This document shows, one piece after another, positions 63,126 to 64,000 of a stretch of DNA of 64,000 nt (positions within the stretch are counted from its first letter, which is position 1; every line of letters starts with the position of its first letter). A model generated the notes under the pieces. It did no database searches. It was not told where the DNA came from and worked only from the letters and a program-made list of their open reading frames with translations. The stretch lies in assembly GCA_009103225.1 (NCBI GenBank), contig RHPI01001116.1, positions 639,267 through 703,266 on the forward strand, read 5' to 3'. The translations under genes were made by a program, and so were the position numbers. This stretch comes from Chlorokybus atmophyticus (taxonomy: Eukaryota > Plantae > Mesostigma and Chlorokybus algae).

Positions 63126-64000
63126 ATGAATCAAAGAATCTACAAACGTGTCCCTTCTGCAAGCAACCTCACCCGTTTGGTCGCCAAGCCTGATACAAGA
63201 CGCCAACGTGTTGGCGGTGATTTGGCCCCCACCTTGATGACAATTGTGCATGTATTGTAGTTTTGTGTTGGCTTTGTGAACCATGTAGGTACATGTATAG
63301 TTGCAGCATGGTGCATGGTGCACCCGAGATCTGCTGTTGTCAGAAGCATTGGCTGTACATGTGTATGATGACTGCCCGGCGCATGAGTCAGTGCATGGCT
63401 TGCATACCTCACTGGTTCAGAGCGTGGTCGACAGCAACAGACTCGGACAGCGCTCTGAGTTCCATAGAATGACAGCACAGTATTACTCTACGATCGTGAT
63501 AAAATGCGAGTATCCTTGTACTGTAGTACCATTAACAGATGGAGTACCATTCATGTTATTGTAGTACCATGCATGGTACAACAATAGCGTCCATGGTACA
63601 GTCGTGCTTCACTTGAAGTGTAACCCATTTAGGGTTCGTAAGCTGGCAACCCTACATTGATGCCCATACCCTAAAGTCTCGCTCAGTTTGTGGGCAGCCG
63701 TGCCGATTCCTATTTTGCAAGATGTCGGCGGCAGCAGTTGAATCCCCCTCACCTAAGAGACCATGCTTGGTGTGCCCACAATGCAAAGCGTACGTATGTG
63801 CCAATGGCCGTAGGCAGCAAATGCAAGCACACTTGACCGAATGCCAGCGAGTGCAGAAAGTGTGCCACGGTTTTAGTGCTGCTTGCTGGCATCGCACCAC
63901 ATACAACGTCGACGTGTTTGGCTGCCGCCTCGGCAAAGTGCTGTGCAAGGAACCTGAGTTTTTCCATTACGTGCAGTGTGTGTGCGAATCGTGCTCGCGC

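Noticed and set aside
63640-64000. Possible Helitron/Pif1 fragment (VGLPAYEP...) on the minus strand
   Set aside because: Multiple stops and no diagnostic LKVG..VML.RN motif.

Overview
Eukaryotic nuclear DNA (roughly balanced GC, intron-rich, introns full of CATG/TGCA and (CA)n tracts). PAM68 shows a photosynthetic eukaryote. An expansin, an IDN2/FDM-type XS/XH gene and a plant-type kinesin-5 tail point to a streptophyte green alga (inference). Housekeeping genes: mitochondrial EF-Ts (partial), PAM68, ribophorin I, EMC5 and an F-box/LRR gene. Also present: a secreted phosphoesterase of the bacterial/fungal type, a beta-expansin-like gene and a 505-bp TRIM-like LTR element. The most striking region is 32.5-52.6 kb. 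It holds one intact 15-exon zf-XS/XS/coiled-coil/XH (IDN2/FDM-like, RNA-directed DNA methylation family) gene and four 5'-truncated paralogues in a nested inverted duplication (two pseudogenes, one open-frame coiled-coil+XH copy with a GA donor, one single-exon remnant). An OST-HTH/LOTUS + RS-domain gene lies head-to-head with the intact copy. The right end holds an F-box-like orphan, a motor-less kinesin-5 pseudogene and degraded intronless ORFs. Four gaps, three with long poly-G/C runs, are probably assembly artefacts. Exon boundaries were derived by hand and domain calls were made by eye, with no database search.
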